Positions 17,711-26,504 of a stretch of 32,000 bases of DNA are shown piece after piece. The notes beneath the pieces are model-generated. The model ran no database searches. It was not told the origin of the DNA and worked only from the letters and a program-made list of their open reading frames with translations. Within the stretch, counting starts at the first letter, position 1, and the number at the start of each line of letters is the position of its first letter. The DNA is from Aliivibrio fischeri ES114 (GTDB lineage: Bacteria; Pseudomonadota; Gammaproteobacteria; Enterobacterales; Vibrionaceae). The position numbers were made by a program, and so were the translations under genes. The DNA is taken from assembly GCF_000011805.1 (NCBI RefSeq), contig NC_006840.2; one strand, written 5' to 3'.

Positions 17711-17913
17711 GATGACTACTTATGGTGATTAACATTGAGTCAGAGTGTAGCGCGGATTTTTCGATAAAGATGTTAGAACTATCAAATTCTGTGGAGCATG
17801 CCGTTTATAATTACCTTCTTATTAATAGTCTTAAATATTTAATACATCATTCATTTATCTCATTGTATTATCTGATTGAGCACAAGGGTGTGCAGTATTA
17901 TTTAAGGTTGGAT

Positions 17914-18906
17914 ATGTTTAAAAATAAATTAGCAGTGTTATTTACGTGTTTGTCTGTTTTTTCTTTTTCGGCTCAATCTGGGAGTTTTGATACCGTTACG
18001 TTAGGGAGTAAAGGTGGGATCCAAGATGGTAATTTAACGGCTTTTTTAATTAAAAGTGAGGCGGATTCTAATTTTGTTATGCTTGATGCAGGCTCTGTTG
18101 TTAATGGATTAATTGTTTCAGAGCAGAAAGGAGCGTTTAAAGATATTACCGTGCCAGACAGTTCTCCTTACACCAAAGTAGGTTACCTATTAAAGGATAA
18201 GATTAAGGGTTACTTTATCAGCCATGCTCATTTAGATCATGTTGCCGGTTTAATTATCTCTTCTCCTGATGACAGTAAAAAACCGATATATGGATTAGCA
18301 GCGACAAATAAAGATCTCATGAAGAATTACTTTAATTGGTCAGCATGGCCTAATTTTGGTAACAAAGGTGAAGGCTTTAAACTGAACAAATACAATTATG
18401 TGGATCTTCAACCGGGCGTTTGGAGTCCGATAGCTGAAACAACAATGAGTGTGATGTCATTGCCTTTGTCTCATTCTGGTGGGCAATCTACGGTATTTAT
18501 TCTAAAAGACAGTGAAGGGGATGTATTTGCTTATTTTGGTGATACAGGGCCAGATGAAGTAGAGAAAAGTTCGGCAATGAAAACGGCGTGGTCTGCTTTA
18601 GCTCCTTTTGTAAAACAAGGGAAGTTAAAGGGGATTATTATTGAAGTTTCTTTTACCAACGAAACCCCAGATAAATCTTTATTTGGACATTTAACGCCAA
18701 ACTGGTTAGTTAAAGAATTAAGTGTGCTTGAAGACATGAATGGCAAGGGTTCTTTAAATGATCTAAATGTAGCCATCAGTCACATCAAATACAGCTTAAA
18801 GAACAGTGAAGATCCTAAAGTAATTATTAAAAAGCAGTTAGCAGAAGCAAATGACTTAGGTGTAAATTTCATTTTTCCTGAGCAAGGTGATTCACTGCAG
18901 TTTTAA
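17914..18906 (+). CDS. cpdP: Periplasmic 3',5'-cyclic-nucleotide phosphodiesterase, class II (CpdP-like)
   Basis: Signal peptide MFKNKLAVLFTCLSVFSFSAQS; GYFISHAHLDHVAGLIISSPDD, LPLSHSGGQSTVFILKD, FAYFGDTGPDEVEKS, IIIEVSFTNETPDKSLFGHLTP. ATG 17914 is preferred over the ORF-track start at 17722. Confidence 0.92.
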   Translation: MFKNKLAVLFTCLSVFSFSAQSGSFDTVTLGSKGGIQDGNLTAFLIKSEADSNFVMLDAGSVVNGLIVSEQKGAFKDITVPDSSPYTKVGYLLKDKIKGYFISHAHLDHVAGLIISSPDDSKKPIYGLAATNKDLMKNYFNWSAWPNFGNKGEGFKLNKYNYVDLQPGVWSPIAETTMSVMSLPLSHSGGQSTVFILKDSEGDVFAYFGDTGPDEVEKSSAMKTAWSALAPFVKQGKLKGIIIEVSFTNETPDKSLFGHLTPNWLVKELSVLEDMNGKGSLNDLNVAISHIKYSLKNSEDPKVIIKKQLAEANDLGVNFIFPEQGDSLQF

Positions 18907-18923
18907 AAAAGTTATTGTAAAAA

Positions 18924-18953
18924 TGGATATGGTCAATACAAAGACCATATCCA
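18924..18953. terminator. Strong hairpin between convergent genes, possible bidirectional terminator
   Basis: TGGATATGGTC-AATACAAA-GACCATATCCA, perfect 11 bp stem; no obvious adjacent long T-run. Confidence 0.4.
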
Positions 18954-18977
18954 CTCCACGCATTTGTTTTTTATCTC

Positions 18978-20900
18978 TTAAATCGTCGTCTCTATTTTTT
19001 TAAGTACGGCGATCTCATTGGGTACATCAATGTTATAAATATGTCCTTGGTCAGTATAAATAGTAAAGCCCGTTTTATGTGAGAATACTTTATCGACTTT
19101 TCCAGGTAATTTTATATTTGTTAAACTAGCACCAAGCTCTTTAAATCCCCACGAGTTAAGGATGAAGTGGGGAGAGGGTTCTCGCTTTGCTTCTTCTGTT
19201 AATAAATAAGCGCCTTCATTTGATGTGAAAGAGGTAACACTATCTGGAGATGCTTTGATAAATGCATCAGAGAACCCTACATGACTCGGTCTATTTTGGT
19301 CATAATAATAATATTTAATATATTCACCAAATTGTATCTCGGCTGCAATATCCCATATTCCTTGCCATGAAGTAATATCACCATCTTGTCGTATGGTTGA
19401 ATACCCGCTTGTGTTTGTTTTTATATCTACGATATTGGTTAATTCATTTGCATGGTTAACTTTATCTGAGTAAATATTACCTCCACTGAAGATAGTTCCC
19501 CATGTAATAACATCACCATCAAGAGTTAAGGCCGCAAAAGAACCAGACGCACCAACGATTTTTTTAACATTGGTCAGTTCAGTATCTAATTTATGCTCAG
19601 AGTGTTTTTTTTCTGGTGAATAATACGCAGGAATAGACACTTGCTCATAGCCTCGGCCACATATCGGATCATAAGCTGGTTCATAGTCAGGATCATATAT
19701 ATCGCTTGAGTCATAGTCTGGTTCATCATTTTTTACAGGTACGCATTTCTTACTGGCTTTAAAGTAAGTTTGCTCAAAACTATAATAATCATAGATGAAT
19801 TCACCACCTTGGGTTCTGCTTCCCCAAGCACCAACGGTTCCATCTAGTCTAAGAAAAGCAAAAGCACTATCATTTGCAATAATATTCTCTACATTTTGGC
19901 TAACTAATTCGCCTTGTGCTTTTGCTAGTTTTCCCCATCGATATAGATTGCCTTGATCGGTTAAAAGCGCGTAGTTACCTTTATAATCGTATTTTAGCTC
20001 TACAAGGTTCTTTATATCGCCTTGTATATCACTGCATGATATTTTTCCGCTATCTTCAATTAAGCAAGCTTTGTCTTCTTCAGTTTGAATAATAGTACTG
20101 CTTTCACTCGTTAACATATCAATACCATTATCGATAGTTAACTTTTTAGTTGTGCCTTTAGTACTACCAATAATATAAACATTGCCTGTATTGGTTAATA
20201 TTGAAAAATAGTTATTTGCAGAAGTGACTTTTTTAACTCCTTCAGCGTTGATTGCATCAATTAAATCAACATTATCTTTTATTTTTGGCCCCCAAAGGTA
20301 GAAGTTGCCATTATTTTTTATACCAGAGAAGGCATTAGCATGTGCATAGATGGCGATAAACTGATGATTATCTATTGATGGGATTTTTTCAAAGCGTCTT
20401 TCTGCTTGATATGCATATTCTCCATCAAGAATATGATTCCACTCTATAACTTGACCGGTATTAAGCAGAGTCACTTTACTATAACTATTTTCTACTTGTT
20501 GAATAGGAAATGCCTTAGTAAATGTTTTAATGAATGGCTCGGTTACTTGTTCTTTATAATTAAGTTGAGCAGATACAATAATAGGCGAAAGGTGTTCATT
20601 TTCTTTCAACTGATATTCACAATCATTTGAAACAGTAATGTTATCTATCATCCAATTGCAAGATATGGTTTCTGAACCATCAGTAATATTATCTGTGGAA
20701 AAGACGACTTTTAAATGATCTCGGTTAGAGTAATCATTTATTTTATCTGGATAAATAGTTGACTTTAAACTGATGCCATCAAGGTTTACGGTTTTTTCTG
20801 GCGTTGTTACATGATTAACTACGGCTTTATTGTCGGAGGAGCTGTCACCACCACACCCAAATAAAGATAAAGCAAGCAAAGCAGTTAAGATATGTTTCAT
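18978..20900 (-). CDS. RCC1-repeat-like (beta-propeller) lipoprotein
   Basis: MKHILTALLALSLFGCGGDSSS lipobox. Repeated units NGNFYLWGPK, TGNVYIIG, DQGNLYRWGK, LDGTVGAWGSRTQGG, LDGDVITWG, and QDGDITSW. Start moved to 20900. Confidence 0.75.
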   Translation of the reverse strand: MKHILTALLALSLFGCGGDSSSDNKAVVNHVTTPEKTVNLDGISLKSTIYPDKINDYSNRDHLKVVFSTDNITDGSETISCNWMIDNITVSNDCEYQLKENEHLSPIIVSAQLNYKEQVTEPFIKTFTKAFPIQQVENSYSKVTLLNTGQVIEWNHILDGEYAYQAERRFEKIPSIDNHQFIAIYAHANAFSGIKNNGNFYLWGPKIKDNVDLIDAINAEGVKKVTSANNYFSILTNTGNVYIIGSTKGTTKKLTIDNGIDMLTSESSTIIQTEEDKACLIEDSGKISCSDIQGDIKNLVELKYDYKGNYALLTDQGNLYRWGKLAKAQGELVSQNVENIIANDSAFAFLRLDGTVGAWGSRTQGGEFIYDYYSFEQTYFKASKKCVPVKNDEPDYDSSDIYDPDYEPAYDPICGRGYEQVSIPAYYSPEKKHSEHKLDTELTNVKKIVGASGSFAALTLDGDVITWGTIFSGGNIYSDKVNHANELTNIVDIKTNTSGYSTIRQDGDITSWQGIWDIAAEIQFGEYIKYYYYDQNRPSHVGFSDAFIKASPDSVTSFTSNEGAYLLTEEAKREPSPHFILNSWGFKELGASLTNIKLPGKVDKVFSHKTGFTIYTDQGHIYNIDVPNEIAVLKKIETTI

Positions 20901-21250
20901 AATATATAATTCTATTTTAATTAATATAAATATATGTGCTGTTTTGTAATCAAACAGCGTTATTATCGACATGCTACATTAAGGCTATTATTTATAAGTG
21001 CCTTTTAGTGAATAGTATTTCATAAGTGAAATGAATGCTAGATATAAATCACTTAACTTAATGAATGTAAAAGTAATTAAAAAATGATAATACAAAACAT
21101 TTTTGTATATTTAATTATTAAGAGGTTTAAGGGTAAGGTAGTTACCATTGAATTCATCATGAGGATAAATTCTTTATTAGAGCGAATACCTCTGACGATA
21201 GTTTAAAAATGTGATATCTTTCACAAAATTATTTTGTATGGAGAATCGTT

Positions 21251-21661
21251 TTGAGAACTGAATTAAACACTAACCAAACACCAAAAGGGCAGCTACTTCT
21301 TCGAACTCTTTCTATGCCAGCAGATACTAATGCTAATGGTGATATTTTTGGTGGTTGGATTATGTCTCAGCTTGATTTAGCTGGTGCAATTTTAGCTCAA
21401 GAAATCTCTGGTGGACGTATTGTAACGGTTTCAGTATCTAGCATTACGTTTAAAAAACCAGTGAAAGTGGGTGATGTGGTTTGTTGCTATGGTGAATGTA
21501 CAAAAGTAGGGCGAACTTCAATGTCGATAGATTTGGAAGTGTGGGTTAAACCAATTAAAGAGGACGAAGTAAGTCACCGTTTCCAAGTGTGTGAAGCAAC
21601 TTTTAATTACGTAGCAATTGACTCAAACGGAAAACCGCGCGCAATTCCAAAGCACTCTTAA
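21251..21661 (+). CDS. yciA: Acyl-CoA thioesterase, YciA-like hot-dog fold
   Basis: MRTELNTNQTPKGQLLLRTLSMPADTNANGDIFGGWIMSQLDLAGAILAQEISGGRIVTVSVSSITFKKPVKVGDVV. Confidence 0.93.
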   Translation: MRTELNTNQTPKGQLLLRTLSMPADTNANGDIFGGWIMSQLDLAGAILAQEISGGRIVTVSVSSITFKKPVKVGDVVCCYGECTKVGRTSMSIDLEVWVKPIKEDEVSHRFQVCEATFNYVAIDSNGKPRAIPKHS

Positions 21662-21727
21662 TGGGAATTGGTCTTAAGTAGAGCTTACACATGCAAGGGT
21701 GATCTCTGTTTAACATCAAAAAAGAAC

Positions 21728-21762
21728 AGCCTGCTCAATGAAAATTGAGTAGGCTATTTTTT
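21728..21762 (+). terminator. Rho-independent terminator of yciA
   Basis: AGCCTGCTCAAT-GAAA-ATTGAGTAGGCT followed by a T-run. Confidence 0.88.
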
Positions 21763-21802
21763 ATCTATAATAGGTTATCTATAATCGGTTATCTATCATA
21801 GG
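21761..21802. repeat. Three tandem copies of a 14 bp unit
   Basis: TTATCTATAATAGG / TTATCTATAATCGG / TTATCTATCATAGG, running over the stop codon of the DUF417 gene. Confidence 0.9.
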
Positions 21803-22248
21803 TGTGGTTTATTATGCTCAATCACAAGTAGTGATACAGAGATAAACACAATGTCTTTAAGTAAAAAGAAGTTGGTTGTTAATACGCCATCAACGACTTT
21901 CCATGTATTCGGTGTGGTTGCTAAGAAGCTAAGTGTCGCAATAAATGTAAGTAAGGCAAGGATCCCTGAATAGTAACCAATTTTAGGGTTAAAGAAGCCT
22001 GCGATAAGTCCTATTGCAATCACAATTTCAGTCAAGCCAATGATATTAGATACCATTTGTACTGACATAAATCCGTATATCCAGCCCATTAAAGGGTGGT
22101 TTGCAACTAACGGTTCGATAGCTGCCGCTTCTGTTGGGGTAAATTTAAAAATACCTATCCAAAGTAGGGTAAGTACGACACCAAAGACACCAATTTTATA
22201 ACCTAATGACGTTTCTGCTGAGATGGCTTTACAAGTTTGAGTATTCAT
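21796..22248 (-). CDS. DUF417 (YkgB/RclC-like) inner-membrane protein
   Basis: 150 aa; LLWIGIFKFTPTEAAAIEPLVANHPLMGWIYG...GLTEIVIAIGLIAGFFNPKIGYYSG...SFLATTP is typical of the family. Confidence 0.88.
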   Translation of the reverse strand: MNTQTCKAISAETSLGYKIGVFGVVLTLLWIGIFKFTPTEAAAIEPLVANHPLMGWIYGFMSVQMVSNIIGLTEIVIAIGLIAGFFNPKIGYYSGILALLTFIATLSFLATTPNTWKVVDGVLTTNFFLLKDIVFISVSLLVIEHNKPHL

Positions 22249-22271
22249 TCTTATCTCCTGATTAATAAATT

Positions 22272-22290
22272 AAACTAAACTGTTTAGTCT
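22272..22290. promoter_or_regulatory. Putative TetR-family operator 1
   Basis: AAACTAAACTGTTTAGTCT, 8/9 half-site symmetry. Confidence 0.65.
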
Positions 22291-22327
22291 AATTTATCGT
22301 TTATTTTGATACTGTCAATCAGTTTTT

Positions 22328-22346
22328 GAACTAAACAGTTTATTTT
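22328..22346. promoter_or_regulatory. Putative TetR-family operator 2
   Basis: GAACTAAACAGTTTATTTT, same motif with 7/9 half-site symmetry. Confidence 0.55.
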
Positions 22347-22378
22347 GCTAAAATCACAGCATTAATGGAGAGTGTTAT

Positions 22379-22939
22379 ATGAAAGAAGAAAAAAGAGTAA
22401 ACGCACTTAAAAAGACAATAGAGCTGTGCGCATTACATGGTTTTCACGGTACGAGCATGGATAAAATTACTGCGGCGACGGGGTTATCTAAAGCGACCAT
22501 TTATAAATATTTTCAATCTAAAGAGAACTTAATTGCTAATGCATTAGAGCTGTTTAGCCAACAATCTCTTTCTCATGTTCAAGCTTTGTTTGAAAATACA
22601 GAACTGACATTAGAAGAAAAAATTGCGCTTCGTTTTGAAGGCCTTGCTGGGTGTATTGATATTGAATCATTTAATGGCTGTTATTTTCAATTGGCGTACA
22701 GTGAATACAGCAGTGAAGATCAAGGTATTACTGAGGTAAGTGCGCAATACAAACAGCGCACACAAGAGCTATTAATCGAGTTATTTAAAAGACACGATAT
22801 TAAAGATGCAGAGTTAAAGGCTAAAAAAGCAGGACTAGTTTATAACGGGCTATTGGCATCGTTACAGTTAACAAAAGATGCAGAGCTGATTGAACTCGCT
22901 CACCAAATGTTTTTAGGGATCATCTTTAAATCTGAATAA
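22379..22939 (+). CDS. TetR/AcrR family transcriptional regulator
   Basis: MKEEKRVNALKKTIELCALHGFHGTSMDKITAATGLSKATIYKYFQSKENLIANAL. Confidence 0.94.
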   Translation: MKEEKRVNALKKTIELCALHGFHGTSMDKITAATGLSKATIYKYFQSKENLIANALELFSQQSLSHVQALFENTELTLEEKIALRFEGLAGCIDIESFNGCYFQLAYSEYSSEDQGITEVSAQYKQRTQELLIELFKRHDIKDAELKAKKAGLVYNGLLASLQLTKDAELIELAHQMFLGIIFKSE

Positions 22940-22972
22940 TGTTTTACGTTTTAATTTCATAGGGAATGAATC

Positions 22973-23353
22973 ATGAAAGTTGCACGTTTAGATCATCTTG
23001 TTTTAACGGTTAACAGCATTGAAGTGACGAGTCAATTTTATTCAAACGTGCTCGGAATGGATATCGTTACCTTTGGTGAGGGCAGGGTCGCCCTTACTTT
23101 TGGTGAGCAAAAGATAAACCTTCATCAATTGGGAAATGAGTTTGAACCTAAAGCGGCACAGGTTAAAAGCGGCAGTGCGGATCTGTGTTTTATTACTCAT
23201 ATGCCTATTCATGAAGTTCAAAGCCATATTGAATCACAAGGCGTGACTATCATTGATGGTCCAATTCAACGAACAGGTGCGATGGGCAAGATTATCTCAG
23301 TCTATTTACGAGATCCCGACGGTAATTTAATTGAACTCTCTAACTATTTATAA
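22973..23353 (+). CDS. VOC family (glyoxalase/bleomycin-resistance-like) protein
   Basis: VARLDHLVLTVNSIEVTSQFYSNVLGMDIVTFGEGRVALTFGEQKINLHQ...ISVYLRDPDGNLIELSNY. Confidence 0.93.
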   Translation: MKVARLDHLVLTVNSIEVTSQFYSNVLGMDIVTFGEGRVALTFGEQKINLHQLGNEFEPKAAQVKSGSADLCFITHMPIHEVQSHIESQGVTIIDGPIQRTGAMGKIISVYLRDPDGNLIELSNYL

Positions 23354-23472
23354 CACCTAATTAAGTAAGACATATTACTTACATCTCAAAACCATTTTCT
23401 TAGCATATACTTATATCGTGTAGCGATAAGATCAATCATAAAGGTTGACTTAAATTGAAATTCAACTAAATT

Positions 23473-23491
23473 AAACTAAACGGTTCAGTTT
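23473..23491. promoter_or_regulatory. Putative TetR-family operator 3 (upstream of the glutaredoxin-domain gene)
   Basis: AAACTAAACGGTTCAGTTT, 8/9 half-site symmetry; matches the two sites upstream of tetR. Confidence 0.65.
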
Positions 23492-23531
23492 AATTTTAAG
23501 ATAAATCAGTTTGCTGATAGGGGAAGTCGCA

Positions 23532-24107
23532 ATGAAACCAGTAAAAATTACATTATATCGTTGGGCAGGCAGTTGGGGTCCATTTAAAGTCAATATTCCG
23601 TGTGGAGAGTGCACCTTAACGAAAGACATTCTGGAAGATACATTTAACACTGAGCTTGATGGTATTCCTATTGAGCTTGAAGTGAAAGATTGGCTGTCTT
23701 ACTGGTGGGAGCCTTTAAAGCTCAAAGCGTGGCATGCTCCGATTATCATTGTTGAAGATAAAGTGATAAGCCAAGGTGAGGCGTTAAATCGTGGTGTTTT
23801 GGTTCAAGCTGTTATAGCTCAAGTTGCCAAGCGTGATGATATCAAAGGTAACGTGGTATTTGGTAAAGCAACATGTCCTTATTGTATTAAAGCGAAAGCT
23901 GCATTGGATGAGGCCGGAGTTGAATACACTTATCACGATGTAGTGAAAGACAGTGCAGCCTTGTATCGAATGATCCCAGAGGTTAAAGCCATTATTGGTG
24001 AGAAAACACCTGTGACAGTGCCTCAAATTTGGTTGGATGGTAAATACGTTGGTGGCTTTGATGATTTATCAAAACAGATGAACACTGATGTGAAAGCGGG
24101 GAATTAA
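23532..24107 (+). CDS. Glutaredoxin-domain protein with additional N-terminal thioredoxin-like region
   Basis: C-terminal domain VVFGKATCPYCIKAKAALDEAGVEYTYHDV...VTVPQIWLDGKYVGGFDDL. N-terminal region has PCGECTLTKDILEDTFN. ATG at 23532. Confidence 0.88.
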   Translation: MKPVKITLYRWAGSWGPFKVNIPCGECTLTKDILEDTFNTELDGIPIELEVKDWLSYWWEPLKLKAWHAPIIIVEDKVISQGEALNRGVLVQAVIAQVAKRDDIKGNVVFGKATCPYCIKAKAALDEAGVEYTYHDVVKDSAALYRMIPEVKAIIGEKTPVTVPQIWLDGKYVGGFDDLSKQMNTDVKAGN

Positions 24108-24108
24108 T

Positions 24109-24795
24109 ATGAATAAAAAACTGATTTTATTACTTATTCTTTTTGCGTCATTTGCTGCAGTGTATGTCAATTTCGGGCATTTATTGACACTTGAGCAGGT
24201 GAAAGCATTCCATCAAAATGTGCAAAATGACATACAAGCGAACCTGTTTGTATACAGTGCCGTTTATTTTATCTCTTATGTTGTTATTACGGCTCTGTCT
24301 ATTCCTGGTGCTGCGGTTGTAACTTTGCTTGGCGCGGCATTGTTTGGTTTTTGGTGGAGTTTATTGTTGGTGTCGTTTGCCAGTACCATTGGAGCAACCA
24401 TTGCGTTTTTAAGCAGCCGTTATTTATTAAGAGAGTGGGTAGACAGTAAGTTTAAAGATAAGTTGGTAGCGATTAATGAGGGTGTGGAAAAAGATGGTGC
24501 ATTCTATTTGCTGACACTACGCTTGATCCCTGTGTTTCCGTTTTTCTTAATCAATTTACTTATGGGATTAACCAAAATATCAGTAGGTCGTTTCTATTTG
24601 TTTAGTCAGTTAGGTATGTTACCGGGGACAATGGTGTACTTAAATGCGGGTACACAGCTCTCAGAAATAACCTCGCTATCTGGGTTAATTTCACCACAAA
24701 TTTTAGGTTCACTCGCTTTACTTGGTTTGTTTCCAATTATCATTAAATTTATTATGGGGCAGATTCAAAAACGTCGCTCTCAAGTAAAAGAGTAA
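24109..24795 (+). CDS. TVP38/TMEM64 family (SNARE-associated/DedA-like) membrane protein
   Basis: ALSIPGAAVVTLLGAALFGFWWSLLLVSFASTIGATIAFLSSRYLLREWV...FYLLTLRLIPVFPFFLINLLMGLTKISVGRFYLFSQLGMLPGTMVYLNAG. Confidence 0.92.
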   Translation: MNKKLILLLILFASFAAVYVNFGHLLTLEQVKAFHQNVQNDIQANLFVYSAVYFISYVVITALSIPGAAVVTLLGAALFGFWWSLLLVSFASTIGATIAFLSSRYLLREWVDSKFKDKLVAINEGVEKDGAFYLLTLRLIPVFPFFLINLLMGLTKISVGRFYLFSQLGMLPGTMVYLNAGTQLSEITSLSGLISPQILGSLALLGLFPIIIKFIMGQIQKRRSQVKE

Positions 24796-24943
24796 TCGAT
24801 AGAGAGACCTATCCCACATTCTTATCTTTTGGTGGGCAGAATCATCTCGTAATCGTTATATTTATCAATTAAATTAATTAAGAAGAAGCATTCTCCCCAA
24901 TGCTTCTTTTTTTTATTTTCGGGGGCATGATTAAGGTTTAGGA

Positions 24944-26380
24944 ATGAAGCTTAAAAGCTTGGTATTGAGTGTTAGCGCTGTCTTGCTATCTGGTTGTGGA
25001 ACAATGGCAAAACAACAAGAATATAATGCAGATTTGATCATTAATAACGGACAAGTGTTAACCGTCAACGCCGATATGCAAGTGATTGATGATGGTGTCG
25101 TGGTGGTTAAAAACGATAAAATAATTGCTGTTGGTGACGAAAAACTACTAGAGCAATATTATGCACCAAAAAACATTGATGCTAATGACGGTATTGTGAT
25201 GCCAGGAATGATTAATGCTCACAACCATCTTCCGATGATCGCATTTCGTGGTTTAGGTGAAGAAGGCATTTCTAATCGATTATTTGCTTATTTTTTCCCG
25301 TTAGAAGCACAAAAGTTAAGCCGTGAGCTGATTTATAATGCCACTAAGCTTGGTGCTATCGACTTAGCCCAGAGTGGCGTTACCACTTATGCTGATATGT
25401 ATTATCACATGGATGAAATGGCTAAAGCGACCAAAGAGGTTGGGTTAAGAGCCGTACTTGGTGAAACGGTTATTAAGTTCCCTGTGGTGGATGCAAAACA
25501 ACCGTATGGTGGAATTCAATATGCCAAGCCATTTATTGAAGAGTATCAAAATGATCCGTTAATTACGCCAGCTTATGCACCTCATGCCGTGTATACGGTA
25601 AGTAAAGAAAAGCTTCAAGAGATCAATCAGCTTTCAGAAGATTACGATGTACCTGTTTTAATCCATGTTGCTGAGTTTCCAAATGAAGAGGCAAGAATTA
25701 AAGATCCAACTAAAGCGACATCTCCTGTTGAGTATCTAGAAGAGATTGGTGTACTGGACGAGCGTATGGTGATTGCTCACGGTATTCATTTGTCCCAACA
25801 TGATCAAGCGTTATTAAAACAAGCGGATGCGGGAGTGGTTTATAACCCAATGGCGAATGTGAAAGGGGCAACAGGCATTGCTCCTGCTTGGGATATGTTT
25901 CGTGCGGATATGCGAGTTGGTTTAGGAACGGATGGACCAATGAGTTCAAACCAAGTGGATTTGTGGCGCACCTTAAGTTATGCCGCAAATATGCAGCGTT
26001 TAAAACACTCAGACAGAACCATTATGATCCCAGAACAAGTGATTGAAATGGCAACCATTGGTGGTGCAAAAGCATTGCATATGGAGGATGAGATCGGCTC
26101 TTTAGAAGTCGGAAAGAAAGCGGATATCATTATTGTTGAAACTCAATCAGCGAACATGATGCCAAGTTATGATCCATACGCAACATTGGTTTATCAAGCC
26201 AACCCAAGTAATGTGGATACAACGATTGTAAATGGCAAAGTGGTTATGGAACAGCGCCAGATGAAGACGATTCAATTAGATGATATTCGACAAAGTGTTG
26301 AAGCGTTTGAATCAGATATCGCCGATTTTGCAAAAGAACTATCCAAAAAAGCGATAAAATCCAAAAGTTTAATGGATTAG
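24944..26380 (+). CDS. Exported (lipoprotein-signal) amidohydrolase, TRZ/ATZ/SsnA-like metal-dependent hydrolase
   Basis: Lipobox LLSGC; GIVMPGMINAHNHLPM, VPVLIHVAEF, MVIAHGIHLS, RVGLGTDGPMSSNQVDLW, GSLEVGKKADIIIV. Confidence 0.9.
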   Translation: MKLKSLVLSVSAVLLSGCGTMAKQQEYNADLIINNGQVLTVNADMQVIDDGVVVVKNDKIIAVGDEKLLEQYYAPKNIDANDGIVMPGMINAHNHLPMIAFRGLGEEGISNRLFAYFFPLEAQKLSRELIYNATKLGAIDLAQSGVTTYADMYYHMDEMAKATKEVGLRAVLGETVIKFPVVDAKQPYGGIQYAKPFIEEYQNDPLITPAYAPHAVYTVSKEKLQEINQLSEDYDVPVLIHVAEFPNEEARIKDPTKATSPVEYLEEIGVLDERMVIAHGIHLSQHDQALLKQADAGVVYNPMANVKGATGIAPAWDMFRADMRVGLGTDGPMSSNQVDLWRTLSYAANMQRLKHSDRTIMIPEQVIEMATIGGAKALHMEDEIGSLEVGKKADIIIVETQSANMMPSYDPYATLVYQANPSNVDTTIVNGKVVMEQRQMKTIQLDDIRQSVEAFESDIADFAKELSKKAIKSKSLMD

Positions 26381-26390
26381 TTTTATACAA

Positions 26391-26425
26391 AAAGCCTGAT
26401 TTTTAGATGTTGAGTCAGGCTTTAA
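26391..26425 (+). terminator. Terminator after the amidohydrolase gene
   Basis: AAAGCCTGATTTTTAGATGTTGAGTCAGGCTTT hairpin. Confidence 0.6.
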
Positions 26426-26504
26426 AAGATTCTCATATTTTGGATAGAATGAGACGATCGATTCCCTTATTATTCGACCTTAAATCGATTATCGGATAAA
26501 TAGG

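Noticed and set aside
17722-17913. 64-residue N-terminal extension of the cpdP ORF given in the track
   Set aside because: The ATG at 17914 has a typical Sec signal peptide directly after it and a purine-rich RBS; the upstream stretch looks non-coding and AT-rich.
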